Position numbers and translations under genes: made by a program. DNA of 64,000 nt from Macrostomum lignano (Eukaryota), in contig NIVC01000903.1 in NCBI GenBank assembly GCA_002269645.1, forward strand, positions 272,459 through 336,458, read 5' to 3'. Of this stretch, positions 10,955-21,959 are shown one piece after another (position 1 is the stretch's first letter; the number at the start of each line of letters is the position of its first letter). Below the pieces are notes generated by a model. The model saw only the letters and a list, made by a program, of their open reading frames with translations. It was not told the DNA's origin and searched no databases.

Positions 10955-13231
10955 CAGGCGCGTCGCCACGGGGGGGACAGGGGGACATGCCCCCCTCCCA
11001 GTAAATGCTATGGGGGGACATGCCAATGCTTTGTCCCCCCACCCCACCTTGTGACCCGTTGTGGTAATCAATCATGTTTCTTCAGGGCGCCAAAAATATA
11101 GCGCCTTCGGCGCAAAATGAGTGCCTGCGGCGCCAAAAGGAATGCCTGAGGTGCCAAAATGAGTGCCTGCGGCGCCAAAATGAATGCCTGCGGCGCTAAA
11201 GGAATGCCTGAGGCGCCAAAATGAGTGCCTGCGGCGCCAAAAGGAATGCCTGAGGCGCCAAAATGAGTGCCTGCGGCGCCAAAATGAATGCCTGCGGCGC
11301 TAAAGGAATGCCTGAGGCGCCAAAATGAGTGCCTGCGGCTCCAAAAGGAATGCCTGAGGCGCAAATTGAGTGCCTGCGGCGTCAAAATGAATGCCTGCGG
11401 CGCCAAAATGAATGCCTGCGGCGCTAAAAGGAATGCCTGCGGCGCCAAAATGAGTGCCTGCGGCGCCAAAATAAGTGCCTGCGGCGCCAAAATGAATGCC
11501 TGCGGCGCTAAAAGGAATGCCTGCGGCGCCAAAATGAATGCCTGCGGCGCCAAAATGAGTGCCTGCGGCGCCAAAAGGAATGCCTGAGGTGCCAAAATGA
11601 GTGCCTGCGGCGCCAAAATGAATGCCTGCGGCGCTAAAGGAATGCCTGAGGCGCCAAAATGAGTGCCTGCGGCGCCAAAAGGAATGCCTGAGGCGCCAAA
11701 ATGAGTGCCTGCGGCGCCAAAATGAATGCCTGCGGCGCTAAAGGAATGCCTGAGGCGCCAAAATGAGTGCCTGCGGCGCCAAAAGGAATGCCTGAGGCGC
11801 AAATTGAGTGCCTGCGGCGTCAAAATGAATGCCTGCGGCGCCAAAATGAATGCCTGCGGCGCTAAAAGGAATGCCTGCGGCGCCAAAATGAATGCCTGCG
11901 GCGCCAAAATAAGTGCCTGCGGCGCCAAAAGGAATGCCTGAGGCGCCAAAATGAGTGCCTGCGGCGCCAAAACGAATGCCTGCGGCGCTAAAGGAATGCC
12001 TGAGGCGCCAAAATGAGTGCCTGCGGCGCCAAAAGGAATGCCTGAGGCGCAAATTGAGTGCCTGCGGCGTCAAAATGAATGCCTGCGGCGCCAAAATGAA
12101 TGCCTGCGGCGCTAAAAGGAATGCCTGCGGCGCCAAAATGAATGCCTGCGGCGCCAAAATAAGTGCCTGCGGCGCCAAAAGGAATGCCTGAGGCGCCAAA
12201 ATGAGTGCCTGCGGCGCCAAAATGAATGCCTGCGGCGCTAAAGGAATGCCTGAGGCGCCAAAATGAGTGCCTGCGGCGCCAAAAGGAATGCCTGAGGCGC
12301 AAATTGAGTGCCTGCGGCGTCAAAATGAATGCCTGCGGCGCCAAAATGAATGCCTGCGGCGCTAAAAGGAATGCCTGCGGCGCCAAAATGAATGCCTGCG
12401 GCGCCAAAATAAGTGCCTGCGGCGCCAAAAGGAATGCCTGAGGCGCCAAAATGAGTGCCTGCGGCGCCAAAATGAATGCCTGCGGCGCTAAAATGAGTGC
12501 CTGCGGCGCCAAAAGGAATGCCTGAGGTGCCAAAATGAGTGCCTGCGGCGCTAAAAGGAATGCCTGCGGCGCCAAAATGAATGCCTGCGGCGCCAAAATA
12601 AGTGCCTGCGGCGCCAAAAGGAATGCCTGAGGCGCCAAAATGAGTGCCTGCGGCGCCAAAATGAATGCCTGCGGCGCTAAAGGAATGCCTGAGGCGCCAA
12701 AATGAGTGCCTGCGGCTCCAAAAGGAATGCCTGAGGCGCAAATTGAGTGCCTGCGGCGTCAAAATGAATGCCTGCGGCGCCAAAATAAATGCCTGCGGCG
12801 CTAAAAGGAATGCCTGCGGCGCCAAAATGAATGCCTGCGGCGCCAAAATAAGTGCCTGCGGCGCCAAAAGGAATGCCTGAGGCGCCAAAATGAGTGCCTG
12901 CGGCGCCAAAATGAATGCCTGCGGCGCTAAAGGAATGCCTGAGGCGCCAAAATGAGTGCCTGCGGCGCCAAAAGGAATGCCTGAGGCGCAAATTGAGTGC
13001 CTGCGGCGTCAAAATGAATGCCTGCGGCGCCAAAATGAATGCCTGCGGCGCTAAAAGGAATGCCTGCGGCGCCAAAATGAATGCCTGCGGCGCCAAAATA
13101 AGTGCCTGCGGCGCCAAAATGAGCGCTGACAAAACCGATTCTCAAAATAATGGACATGTAGGAATTTATTCATGTACATGTTGCGTTCTTTGCTTTGTTC
13201 CCCCACCATAAAATCCATGGCAACGCCTTTG
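10955..13231. mobile_element. Non-autonomous hAT-type DNA transposon carrying an internal minisatellite
   Basis: 8-bp TSD AATTTACT at 10947-10954 and 13232-13239. Imperfect TIRs CAGGCGCGTCGCCACGG and CAAAGGCGTTGCCATGG (reverse complement of right end), 12/17 match. G/C-run subterminal sequence; no transposase. Confidence 0.82.
11085..13125. repeat. 20/21-bp CpG-rich minisatellite (GCGGCGCCAAAATGA[A/G]TGCCT) with 250-bp higher-order period
   Basis: About 97 monomers. Diagnostic variants recur at 250-bp spacing (ORF starts 11726/12226 and 12665/12915). Confidence 0.95.
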
Positions 13232-13635
13232 AATTTACTCGTGACAATGCTGCGCTTTGCGAGAAGTATTCGAATAGAAATAAAAACCCTAGCACTAACT
13301 AGCACACTGACTATTTTTGCGACATGTTTCGGCTCACGTTAGGCATTTTCCGGCTCATAAGTAATTAGAACCAGCAAACTAAGGAATGTGTCGATACATT
13401 TTAACCAAAAAGGGTCGATTTACGACGGTATATTGTACATTTAGAGAAACCAATCACACAGATCAAGAGGTTATAAATAGTGCGCGGCATATGAGAGGAG
13501 AGAAAGGAGAGATGTAAGCACGAGTAGTGTGTGCCTATGACCTTTTAGTCGTGAGTCGGACGCTCTGACCACTAGGCTACAGCCCCTACAACCTATCCAA
13601 TGCTATGCAAACCTGTCTGACATCTGCAGCGCAAT

Positions 13636-13936
13636 ATGCGAAGCGGCCGGTTCCGCGCCAGTCCACTGCAGCTTGGCTTAGTCTGCCTCTACCTAGCGGG
13701 CGCCGCCGCCACTGCCTCAGCGGCCGCCGTGGCCGCCGCCACCGCAGCCGCAGCCAGCTCCGTCACCCCTGCCGTCAAGGCGCCGGTTGTTCCGTCCCCG
13801 TCGCTCCCTGTCCGCAGCGGTGGCGACGGCGGCGGCGCGGACAAGCGATTCTTTCGCGTGATGAACTGCGCCGAACGATGCGAGAGCTTCAACATCAAGG
13901 TCTTCAAGGCCTATTGGGCGATTCACCATTCAAATA
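13636..13936 (+). pseudogene. Duplicated exon 1 of the secreted prepropeptide gene; no matching exon 2 found (probable truncated copy)
   Basis: About 99% identical to the reverse complement of 32285-31985. Acceptor TCTGCAG precedes the ATG; GTAAGT donor at 13937. Homology to the other copy stops near 14712, and the NFIQYLRDL exon was not seen downstream on +. Confidence 0.6.
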
Positions 13937-14030
13937 GTAAGTTATAGCTTGTATTGTCCTTTGTTCAGCATGTGTGAACTGTCTTTTTTGATGGTAGGCG
14001 TTGCTGAGACAATGCCCTAAAAACAGGCTA

Positions 14031-14283
14031 CTGGCATCAACCCTCAGTAGGTTACTAGCATCAACCCTCAGTAGGTTACTGGCATCAACCCTCAGTAGGT
14101 TACTAGCATCAACCCTCAGTAGGTTACTAGCATCAACCCTCAGTAGGTTACTGGCATCAACCCTCAGTAGGTTACTGGCATCAACCCTCAGTAGGTTACT
14201 GGCATCAACCCTCAGTAGGTTACTGGCATCAACCCTCAGTAGGTTACTGGCATCAACCCTCAGTAGGTTACTGGCATCAATCC
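14031..14283. repeat. 24-bp VNTR (GGCATCAACCCTCAGTAGGTTACT), ~10 copies
   Basis: Same unit as 31280-31892 in inverted orientation. Confidence 0.96.
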
Positions 14284-14461
14284 TCACCGCAGTCAAAGTA
14301 AGCTGAGCTGAAGTTCACCCAATAACCACTAGCATAGCAGGAAAATGTGACATTTCAAATTGCATTAACAAGATGGGAAGTTTTCAGTTCCTGGCAGTCA
14401 ATAGTCGACTTCTTACCTTCTGCCTTATCGATTGATTGTTTTTGACTGTTGAAAAAGCTGA

Positions 14462-14712
14462 GTTGTAGCCTAATAGTTAGAACAACCCACTCGGAACAAT
14501 TTGTGTCCTTGAGCAAGACACTTAACTCTGCATTGCTTCAGCTCACCCAGCTGTAAAATGGGTGCCAGCATTAGCTGGGGTAATTGAGGGTGTGTGTGGC
14601 GACCCCCAGTCCTTGGACTGAACAGCCGTACGCAGCCTTCAGATGCGCCGCGCAATAGCTGCGGCTGAGCTGTCGGTTGCACATCTGCCATTAGGGCAGG
14701 TGTAATCAGTAA
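14462..14712 (+). mobile_element. tRNA-derived SINE family 1, internally deleted copy
   Basis: Matches 32335-32631 (TGTGTCCTTGAGCAAGACACTTAAC...CACCCAGCTGTAAAATGGGTGCC...) but lacks most of the tRNA head, including the B-box. Confidence 0.8.
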
Positions 14713-15479
14713 CGACTCAAATGACTGCAATGCAACGGAGAGGCGACTGTTGAGTCACGATTGTCACGTGAGTTGCAGAATTGTAAAAAGTTGTCCAAGA
14801 GGCATTGTGTTAGCGCTTAAATTTCTACTTACGCAAGCAGACTAAATAGAGTTGTTATAAATGCGAACTGCGATTCTAATTCATAAAGTGATGCAACTCA
14901 ACGATTCTACAGCGACTCCAGCACGCCTCAGATGCGACTCTGCGGCCCCAGAGTCATTTTTGATTCACAGACAATAAAATACCAAGTATCCTTGGTTAGA
15001 TTCCATTTGGCGAAAATTTGGCCGGGGGAGGCGTTCTCCCTCACGCCCCATGGACCAGCCCGCGAAGCATGGGCACTTGAATTGGAAGGATTTTCAGAAA
15101 TGAGCTGGAGGTTGGTAAGGAGTGTATATTGTGTAAGGTGTATAGAGTGTAAGGAAAATCGAGTGTAGTGCCCTTCCACATCCGTTGTGCATGTCCCAAG
15201 GCATAGTTTGTACATGTTTAATGATCAGAAAGTCGGAACCGCTGTACAACTAGTGTGAGCGTGTCCCTGCGTACGTACCCGTGCTTCGGGGTCAGTAGAA
15301 TGGCTACGGTTCGACTGTCGCTTTGACTTGTTTCAGCGCTCAGAGCCCACTGCGAACTACGAGTAGCTAACAAACTAAGGTCAACAAGTGTCACTCCCAT
15401 GTTTAGGCTTCTCCCATGCAAAGATAAGCTCATATCGGAACGAAAGTACAAAATTGAAACGACACAGGGCGCGCCTCAA

Positions 15480-15570
15480 GGCGTTGACGAAGCGCCTGGT
15501 TTGCGCCTGTTCTTTGTAGGTCGTCTGCAGTATCAGCATCAACACCTTCTGTGCAAAAACATTTGTCAAC
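15480..15570 (-). mobile_element. Possible degenerate 3' fragment of a non-LTR retrotransposon ORF
   Basis: Translates KVLMLILQTTYKEQAQTRRFVNAL, resembling the fragment at 30450-30625 (QEMLL.TLQASYRRF). Family assignment is from recollection of LINE C-termini and is unverified. Confidence 0.3.
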
Positions 15571-16172
15571 AAAAATTTCCTTGGATCGTCTCCAAGCTTT
15601 TAAATCTAAAAAACCAAGCTCTAGGTCGGTCAATAGGACTGTGTTTTGTCCAGACCCTCCCGTCCTTCAGCCACTTCTCTGTTTAGTAACTTCGCCAATT
15701 CTACTTTCTAATTGCTCGAACTGGCAAGATTTGCTTCAAGCAACTCGAAGCGCAACTGCATTAGACTGATGGCAGCCATCTGCCATCGGCTGAATGCCCG
15801 CAGCCGCAGCTGTCTGTGGCCAGCACCAGCGGCACCCTGCCACTCACTCTGAGAAAACCCACTGTGGCTGCAGAGCAGCCATCAAAGAAACAGCACCCGT
15901 TTTTACACAGCCCATTACACCTTTTCACGTTCAATTTCGATCAAAGTCCAGTTCTAAAAAAACTAGCGGAAATTCAATTCAGACTGAGGATAATTTTGTC
16001 TATGGCTAAACCTTACTTCGGTTAGAATGCTTTGAGTTGGGGTTAGACTGGGCCCAAGTCTTACTTTAGACTTAGCTGCAGGGGGCGTCCGGCGGATGCA
16101 GCGAGGAGGCGGAGGAGACCGCCCATTCCGCTAGCCCCTGGCGACCAACGACTTCCGTTGAAGTGGTGTCGC

Positions 16173-19100
16173 TCAGGGGGACCCGTCGGTCTCGCCTGCA
16201 GCGCGGTCCTCCTCACCGACGGTGGGGAAGAAATCAGCTCGTCCGGTGTCCCTGAGGTACCGGGCGAGCAGTGGGATGCTCTCGGGCCTGCAAACGTCGG
16301 AGAGAACCGGGTTTGGCCCGAGGTGAGTAAGCCTGGCCCTGGTGAAAACCGGGCAGTGGCAGATAAAATGCTCGGCGTTTTCACTGCCTGAGCGGCAGAA
16401 GGGGCACCGCTCCTCGGGTACTTGGCCCTGAAGGAAGCGGTGGCGAGAGAAGCAGCCATGCCCGGAGAGGGCCATGCTAACTGCTCTGAGGTCTCTGCGG
16501 TTGAGCCTGAGGAGGGCTCTACGCAGGAGAGGAGAGGGACAGGGGACGGCAGCACGGGATTGCCTACAATTCCGGGTGTCGTGCCACCTGCGGAGATGCT
16601 CGGAGTCAGCCCAGCGCTTAACGCGGGAATTGATCACCGAGGCGGGGATGGGGGCACCCGGGCCCGGCCCCAATAGCGCGCCGGCGGAGCCAGCCTTGGC
16701 CAGCAGGTCAGCGCGCTCGTTGCCGAGGAAGCCGGCGTGGCCCGGGATCCATCTGAGCTCCACCTGGTTGCCTAGCGCAAGCCCGTTGAGCTGGGTGTTG
16801 CAGTCCAGGACGGACCTGGAGCTGGCGGTGCTGCGGCAGAGGGCCGAAGGGCTGCTTGGCTGTCAGAGTGAAAAATAAATTTCCGGCCGCTAAGCTGCCT
16901 TCGGCGCAGCTCTGCCGCGCAGGAGCTGATGGCAAGCACCTCGCTCTGAAAAACACTGGAGTTGAGCCCAGTGTGCTGGGAGTAGCTCCACACCACTTCT
17001 CCCTTGAAGAAGACGCAAGCTCCGAAGCCTGAAAGACCATGCCTCATAGAGCCGTCAGTGTAACAGTGGACTTCAGAGTCGCTCCAGCTGTCACTCGCCT
17101 CGTGTCGAGGCTGAATGGTGACCTTATACCTTTGGCTCAGGAGAAGGGCGGCTGGGATCGAGTCCGTGAGGATGTTGAGCCCGCCACACTCCTCGAGAGC
17201 CTTGAGGCAGAGGTCAGAGTGCGGGATAAGCGACCGCTTCTTAAAGGCCCGCACTTTCTTGAAGGCCACCCCAGCATCCAGAAGACGCCGGGTGCTCTTC
17301 GCCGCCTCTCCTTTGATATAAATATCCAAAGGAGGGGCGCAGAGGAAGGCATTCATGCCTTCAAAAGGAGTAGAGGGTGGAGCGCCCATAGTCATGCGGC
17401 AGGCTCTGCCCTGGATTTTGTAGAGAGCGTCGAGGTTGCTCTTGACGCTCAGGCCGCTAGCCCACACGAGGCTGGCGTAACTGATCGAGGGGCGGATGAT
17501 GGCAGTGTAAATCCACCACAGCTTCCTGGGGGTGAGCCCCCAGGTGGTGCCCACGGCGCGCCTGATCTGAGCCAGTACAGCCAGGGCTTTTTTGGCTTTA
17601 GTTTGAATGTGCGGAGTCCAGTTAAGCCTGTGGTCCAGAGTGAGGCCCAGGCAGCGGACCTGCTTCTCCATGGAAATATTCTTTCCATAGAGGGTGAGGG
17701 GCTTAATGGTCCAGAGCAGTTTGTTGGTAAACATGACTGCTGTGGTTTTCGACTCTGAGAGTCTAAGGCCACATTGGTCTGCCCAACGCTCCGCTCGTCC
17801 CAGAAAGCCCTGCAGAAGGTCTCTGATGGTATCAACCGAGGGGCCCGCGCATATCGCGGTCACATCATCGGCATAGCCCACCTTGAGAATGGGGTCGTGG
17901 AGATCACTGCAAAGCAACTCATCCATGACCATGTTCCAGAGAACGGGGGTGAGAACGCCGCCCTGGGGGCCCCCTTTCAGGACAGGCACCGAAAGAGAGC
18001 TGCCGCTCAGGTGGGCCACAACAGTGCGGTTTCGGATCATGAACATGATCCACCGGACAAGGTGAGGGTGCGTGGCCCTGGATTCCAGGGCTCTGCAAAA
18101 GGCCTCGAAGATGACGTTGTCGAAGGCCCCCTCAATGTCCAGGAAAAGCGAGAGGGCAAAGCCGCTGCCAAGAACGGCCCTCTCCAGGAAGTCAACAATG
18201 ACATGGAGAGCACTCTCGGTTGACCTGCCCGCGCGGAAGGCGTGCTGGTTCTGCGAGAGTGGGAAGCGCTTCAGCTCGACCGAAAGTAGGCGCCAAAGCA
18301 CCAGTCTCTCGAGGAGCTTGAGGCAGAAAGAAGTGAGGCTGATAGGCCTGAAGGCCTTCACCGATTGGTAGTCGCTCTTTCCAGGCTTGGGGATAAAGAC
18401 CACCCGGGCCTCTCTCCATGCAACTGGTACATAGCCCAGCTCCATACAAGCTCGAAGGAGACGACAGAGCAGGTCCAGGAAGCGGTGGTTTTTCACCGCC
18501 TCGTGCAAGAACGCTGGGTAGATGCCGTCGGGCCCAGGCGCCTTGAACGGGTTAAAGGACCTTGCCGCTCTAATAATGCGGTCTTTGGTGATCATAGACT
18601 TTGCTAGGCCTTGCCCTCCCACTGTGTGGTCGGGCGGGCCCTGCTGAGTCGGAGATTTAGGGAAAAAACTGTTGAGCATGAGCTCTAGAGTCTCTTCCGA
18701 ACTCTCTGTGACCGAGCCGTCAGGTCTCTTCACAACAGAGAGTTTAGAAAAACGGTCATTAGTGAGTGCCTTAACCACGCGGGCTACGGGGCGAGAGCCC
18801 TCAAGCCCTTCGCAATATTGGCGCCACTTGGCCGTCTTGGCCCTTCTGACTTGGCCCTTAAACTCGTGGATCGCACGGGTATAGGCCTCTCTGTCAGATG
18901 GGTCTTTGGTTTTGAGCGCTCGCCTTTGGAGGGTCCTGGCTCGGCGCCGAAGGGCCCCGAGCTCTGGGTTCCACCAGGGAGCAGATTTCTTGCCTTTATA
19001 GGCCTTTAGGGGGCAGGCTGCTTCAAAGGCAGTGGTGATCGCCCCGCCCAGGGAGGAGGCGAGATCGTCCACCACCTGGCAGTCAGAGAGGTCACTGGGG

Positions 19101-19875
19101 GGTCAAGATCCCGAAGGCCGCGGCTCAGCTTCGAGCCAAAGGCGGCCCAATCGGTGTTTCTGACGTTCCGACTCCAAGTGACCTTAGGCTTTTGCTTGGT
19201 CGGCCCAATGCAAAAGCGGATAAAGCGGTGGTCCGAGAGCGAGTCCTCGTCCCACACTCGCCAGCCCGTAACTGCGGAAAGCAGTCCGGGTGAGGCGATG
19301 GTGGTGTCGATGACTTCGGCCCACCGCCCATTATTGAACGTTGGTGCATTGCCCACGTTACAGAAGTTGAGGTTAGTGCTGCTGACATAGGCCAGCAGCT
19401 CCTCGCCTCTGCTATTGATGTTCTTGCTGCCCCAATGCAGGTGGTGTGCGTTCACATCCCCTGCAATGAGCAGCTCGAACCGATGGGACGCAGCATAGTC
19501 AGTAAGGTTGACTAACGCGTCGCAGACAACTGGGGCATCGCCCGGGAAATAGGCAGAAGCTACCAGCACAGGTTTATTGGGAATGAGGTTATTGATTTGA
19601 ACAACACAGATGTCCCCAGTCGAGAGATCAGGTCTCATCCATGCCTCAAAAGCTTTTGCAGCAAAGACCAGAGATCTTGGGCGAGGCTGAGAGCCCGCCA
19701 TGCAAAAACAGTGGTAGCCAGATGGCACATTATTTGGCTTACCTTTAGTCATCCAGGGCTCCTGTACGAAGACCAGGCCCGGAAGCTGTTGCTCTGCCGT
19801 GCGCATCAGGTTGACCGACGCCGCCACGCAGTGCTGGGTGTTGATCTGCAGACACCAGGTAGTCGTTGGCATCAT
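16173..19875 (-). CDS. LINE ORF2 polyprotein (APE endonuclease, reverse transcriptase, RNase H, C-terminal CCHC), with two 1-nt frameshifts in this assembly
   Basis: EN: LQINTQH, VQEP, GDVNAH, IDTTI, SDHRFI. RT: KAPGPDG, RPISL, DIEGAFD, PQGGVLTP, YADD. RNase H: YTDGS, VFQSEV, SDSQAAL, WIPGHAGFLGNERAD. CPFC-x8-H-x4-C. Adding 1 nt at G6 19097-19102 and at CC 16844-16845 restores a single frame of ~1230 aa. Confidence 0.92.
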
Positions 19876-21392
19876 TGCAGATCGGATGTTGCAGCCGCCA
19901 GGAGTTCCTCCTCCTCCTCGGCGCTCACCGGCTTCGGGTCGGGGTCGCCGGTGTCCATGGGCTCTTCTTCAGCAAAAGGCCCCCGATTGGCCGGAAGGCA
20001 GTAGGCAGCGTTCGCCGCCCTTTGCCCACCATCCATGGGGTCCTCCGCCTCAGATTGGCCCAATGCCCTGGAGCAGCCAGCCGCCTGGGCAGGCGGGTCC
20101 GTCTCCAGTCGGCCCTGCCCCGAGGGGTTGGGCCCAGCTGGGACGTCCCCACCCTCCCTGGACGAACTGGTGCGCCTAGGCGTCCCGGCGACCTCTCGCC
20201 TCAGCTGGGAGATTTTGGCGGTACGGACTGCCTCAGCTGCACGCTGGTACAGGCCGCGCCGCTTGGTGCTACGCGCCGGGCGTCGGTCGCCTCCGCCCTC
20301 AGCAGCGCGCTCAGCTTTGCCCGCGCGGCCGTGCTGCCGGGCAGGGCGGTTTGCTTTGGCAGTCTGAGCAGAGGCTTGCGCCTCGGCCCCGGCCGCCTCC
20401 GCATCCCGCCCGCCCTGCTCACTGCCACGGGGAGGGTCGGCCTCGTAGGAGCGGATGCGCAGCTTCCAAAGGCCGACGTTGATGAAGCTGCCGTGTGGAT
20501 AACGCCTCATCCAGGCGTCCGACAGCCCCAGGATGGCTGTGAAGCCAGTGCCGTCGGTGCGCTTAAGGGTGTCATGCACCACTAGGCCCGCGGCGGGAAG
20601 CTCCCGGTTGACTGCTAGCAGTCCTTTCCGGAGCTCGTCAGCAGAGGTAACAACGCTCCTGGCCGGGACCCAGATTCGATGCCTCTTGGTCCGGGGGCGC
20701 TCGTCCTCTCTGCAGAAGGCTAGGTTGAGGTCCCAGCTCTGCTCGGGCAGCAGCTCAAGGAGCCGCCGACCCGAGTCAGCATCACTGGGCCAAATGAGAA
20801 GGCACGAGTCCCTCGTCGCATTCGAATGAATGTTCAGAGGCGTGCCCTTCAGAGTTTGCTTCCACAGGAGGCCATCAACGGCACTTCTCACCTGCTTCAG
20901 CTGATCGGGAGACAGGCGCGCGTCCTTTCCCAGGATGACAACCGCCGGTTGCCTCTTTGCCGCATCAGCGTAGGAGGCCCGGGGGTCAGTGGAGCTTTCT
21001 TCAGGTGGGCTGTCCACCCTCCCGGCTGCATCGGCCTCCCTATCCTGGGCAGGGGCTTCCGTGGGCTCGAGGCCCTCTTCCGCCACCGCCCCAGACTGGG
21101 AAGCTTCCGCTGCCGCGGGCCGTTGGCCCCTGGCACCGGTTTGGCTTCCGCCCTCCTTGGCCCGCCTCGCCTTGTTAAGTCGACGGCGGGCAGCTCCAGA
21201 GGTGGTGCTGCGTTTCTTAGCAGCTGGAGTAGCAGGTGTCTTCTCGGAGGCACCGCTCAGAGTTGGCTCCACGGGTCTCGCCGAGGCGTCCCCGATGGTA
21301 GCAGGTGGTATGGCCGAGGAGTCCACGGCCCCAGCCGAGGCCGGAGGCACTGTGTCATCCACAGCCGGTTTGTTACTTCGGTTAGAAGCCAT
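19872..21392 (-). CDS. LINE ORF1 (nucleic-acid chaperone-like, ~506 aa)
   Basis: Open from ATG 21392 (MASNRSNK). Low-complexity basic N- and C-termini flank a globular core (RQPAVVIL...KLRIRSY). No CCHC knuckles. The stop overlaps the ORF2 start (ATGA). Confidence 0.82.
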   Translation of the reverse strand: MASNRSNKPAVDDTVPPASAGAVDSSAIPPATIGDASARPVEPTLSGASEKTPATPAAKKRSTTSGAARRRLNKARRAKEGGSQTGARGQRPAAAEASQSGAVAEEGLEPTEAPAQDREADAAGRVDSPPEESSTDPRASYADAAKRQPAVVILGKDARLSPDQLKQVRSAVDGLLWKQTLKGTPLNIHSNATRDSCLLIWPSDADSGRRLLELLPEQSWDLNLAFCREDERPRTKRHRIWVPARSVVTSADELRKGLLAVNRELPAAGLVVHDTLKRTDGTGFTAILGLSDAWMRRYPHGSFINVGLWKLRIRSYEADPPRGSEQGGRDAEAAGAEAQASAQTAKANRPARQHGRAGKAERAAEGGGDRRPARSTKRRGLYQRAAEAVRTAKISQLRREVAGTPRRTSSSREGGDVPAGPNPSGQGRLETDPPAQAAGCSRALGQSEAEDPMDGGQRAANAAYCLPANRGPFAEEEPMDTGDPDPKPVSAEEEEELLAAATSDLQ

Positions 21393-21959
21393 TGGCTGGA
21401 AGTAAAAAGGTGGGACTTCCTGCAGAACACAGGCAAAGAGCCGCAAGGCCGCAACCCCAAACCAAGCGGCAGGCCCCCAAAAAGCAAAATACCACCCTGC
21501 GGGGGACCCAAAAGCGCAAGGGGAACCGTTAGCGACCAGACTACTCCCTGGCCAAGCGTCCATCAGCACGGAGTTACACTGGGACATTAGAGGGTGCGTT
21601 TATGGTCACACCAGGACCCGGCGCCAACGAATCAGCTCGGCAGGGCCCAAGGGGGCCTGCCTTAACACCCACGGGACGAGTACCCTTCGAAGTGCGCCTT
21701 GCAAGGTGAAAATCAGGAGACAGAGTCTCTTGAGCTATCAGCCCGCCAGGGGAGGCAGGTGTGAGCATCGCTGGCTGGGATAAAGGCCATACCAGTCTCA
21801 TACTGCACAGATAGTTCACCACGCCATTACGTGCAGGACCCGGGGTCCTGGGGGCAACAGCCCCGGCTGGGCCCAAGTCTAAATTGTCTGAATTGAATTT
21901 CCGCTAGTTTTTTAGAACTGGACTTTGATCAAAATTGAACGTGAAAAGGTGTAGTGAAT

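Larger units (their letters stand above)
16062..21866 (-). mobile_element. Full-length non-LTR retrotransposon (R1/I group, LOA-like), 5805 bp
   Basis: 14-bp TSD CTGGGCCCAAGTCT at 16048-16061 and 21867-21880. About 475-nt 5' UTR, ORF1, ORF2 (APE endonuclease-RT-RNase H-CCHC), short 3' UTR ending CTAAGTCTAAAGTA. Confidence 0.95.

Noticed and set aside
11068-13305. LAPQA/CGAK repeat ORFs
   Set aside because: Translations of the array inside a hAT MITE; open on both strands.
13460-13485. CCAAT + TATAAATA as promoter of the 13636 exon
   Set aside because: The ATG is preceded by a splice acceptor and a SINE head, and the paralogous copy lacks this sequence.
19597-21590. Plus-strand ORFs overlapping the LINE (and antisense ORFs over the lectin exons)
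   Set aside because: Antisense shadows of GC-rich coding sequence.
21600-21866. Canonical HDV-like ribozyme in the LINE 5' UTR
   Set aside because: I could not thread P1-P2-P3-L3(G25)-P1.1-J4/2 by hand; the best candidate (GCC-TCCCCT-GGC) lacks the L3 G and the P1.1 GG. Retained only as a structured-UTR finding.
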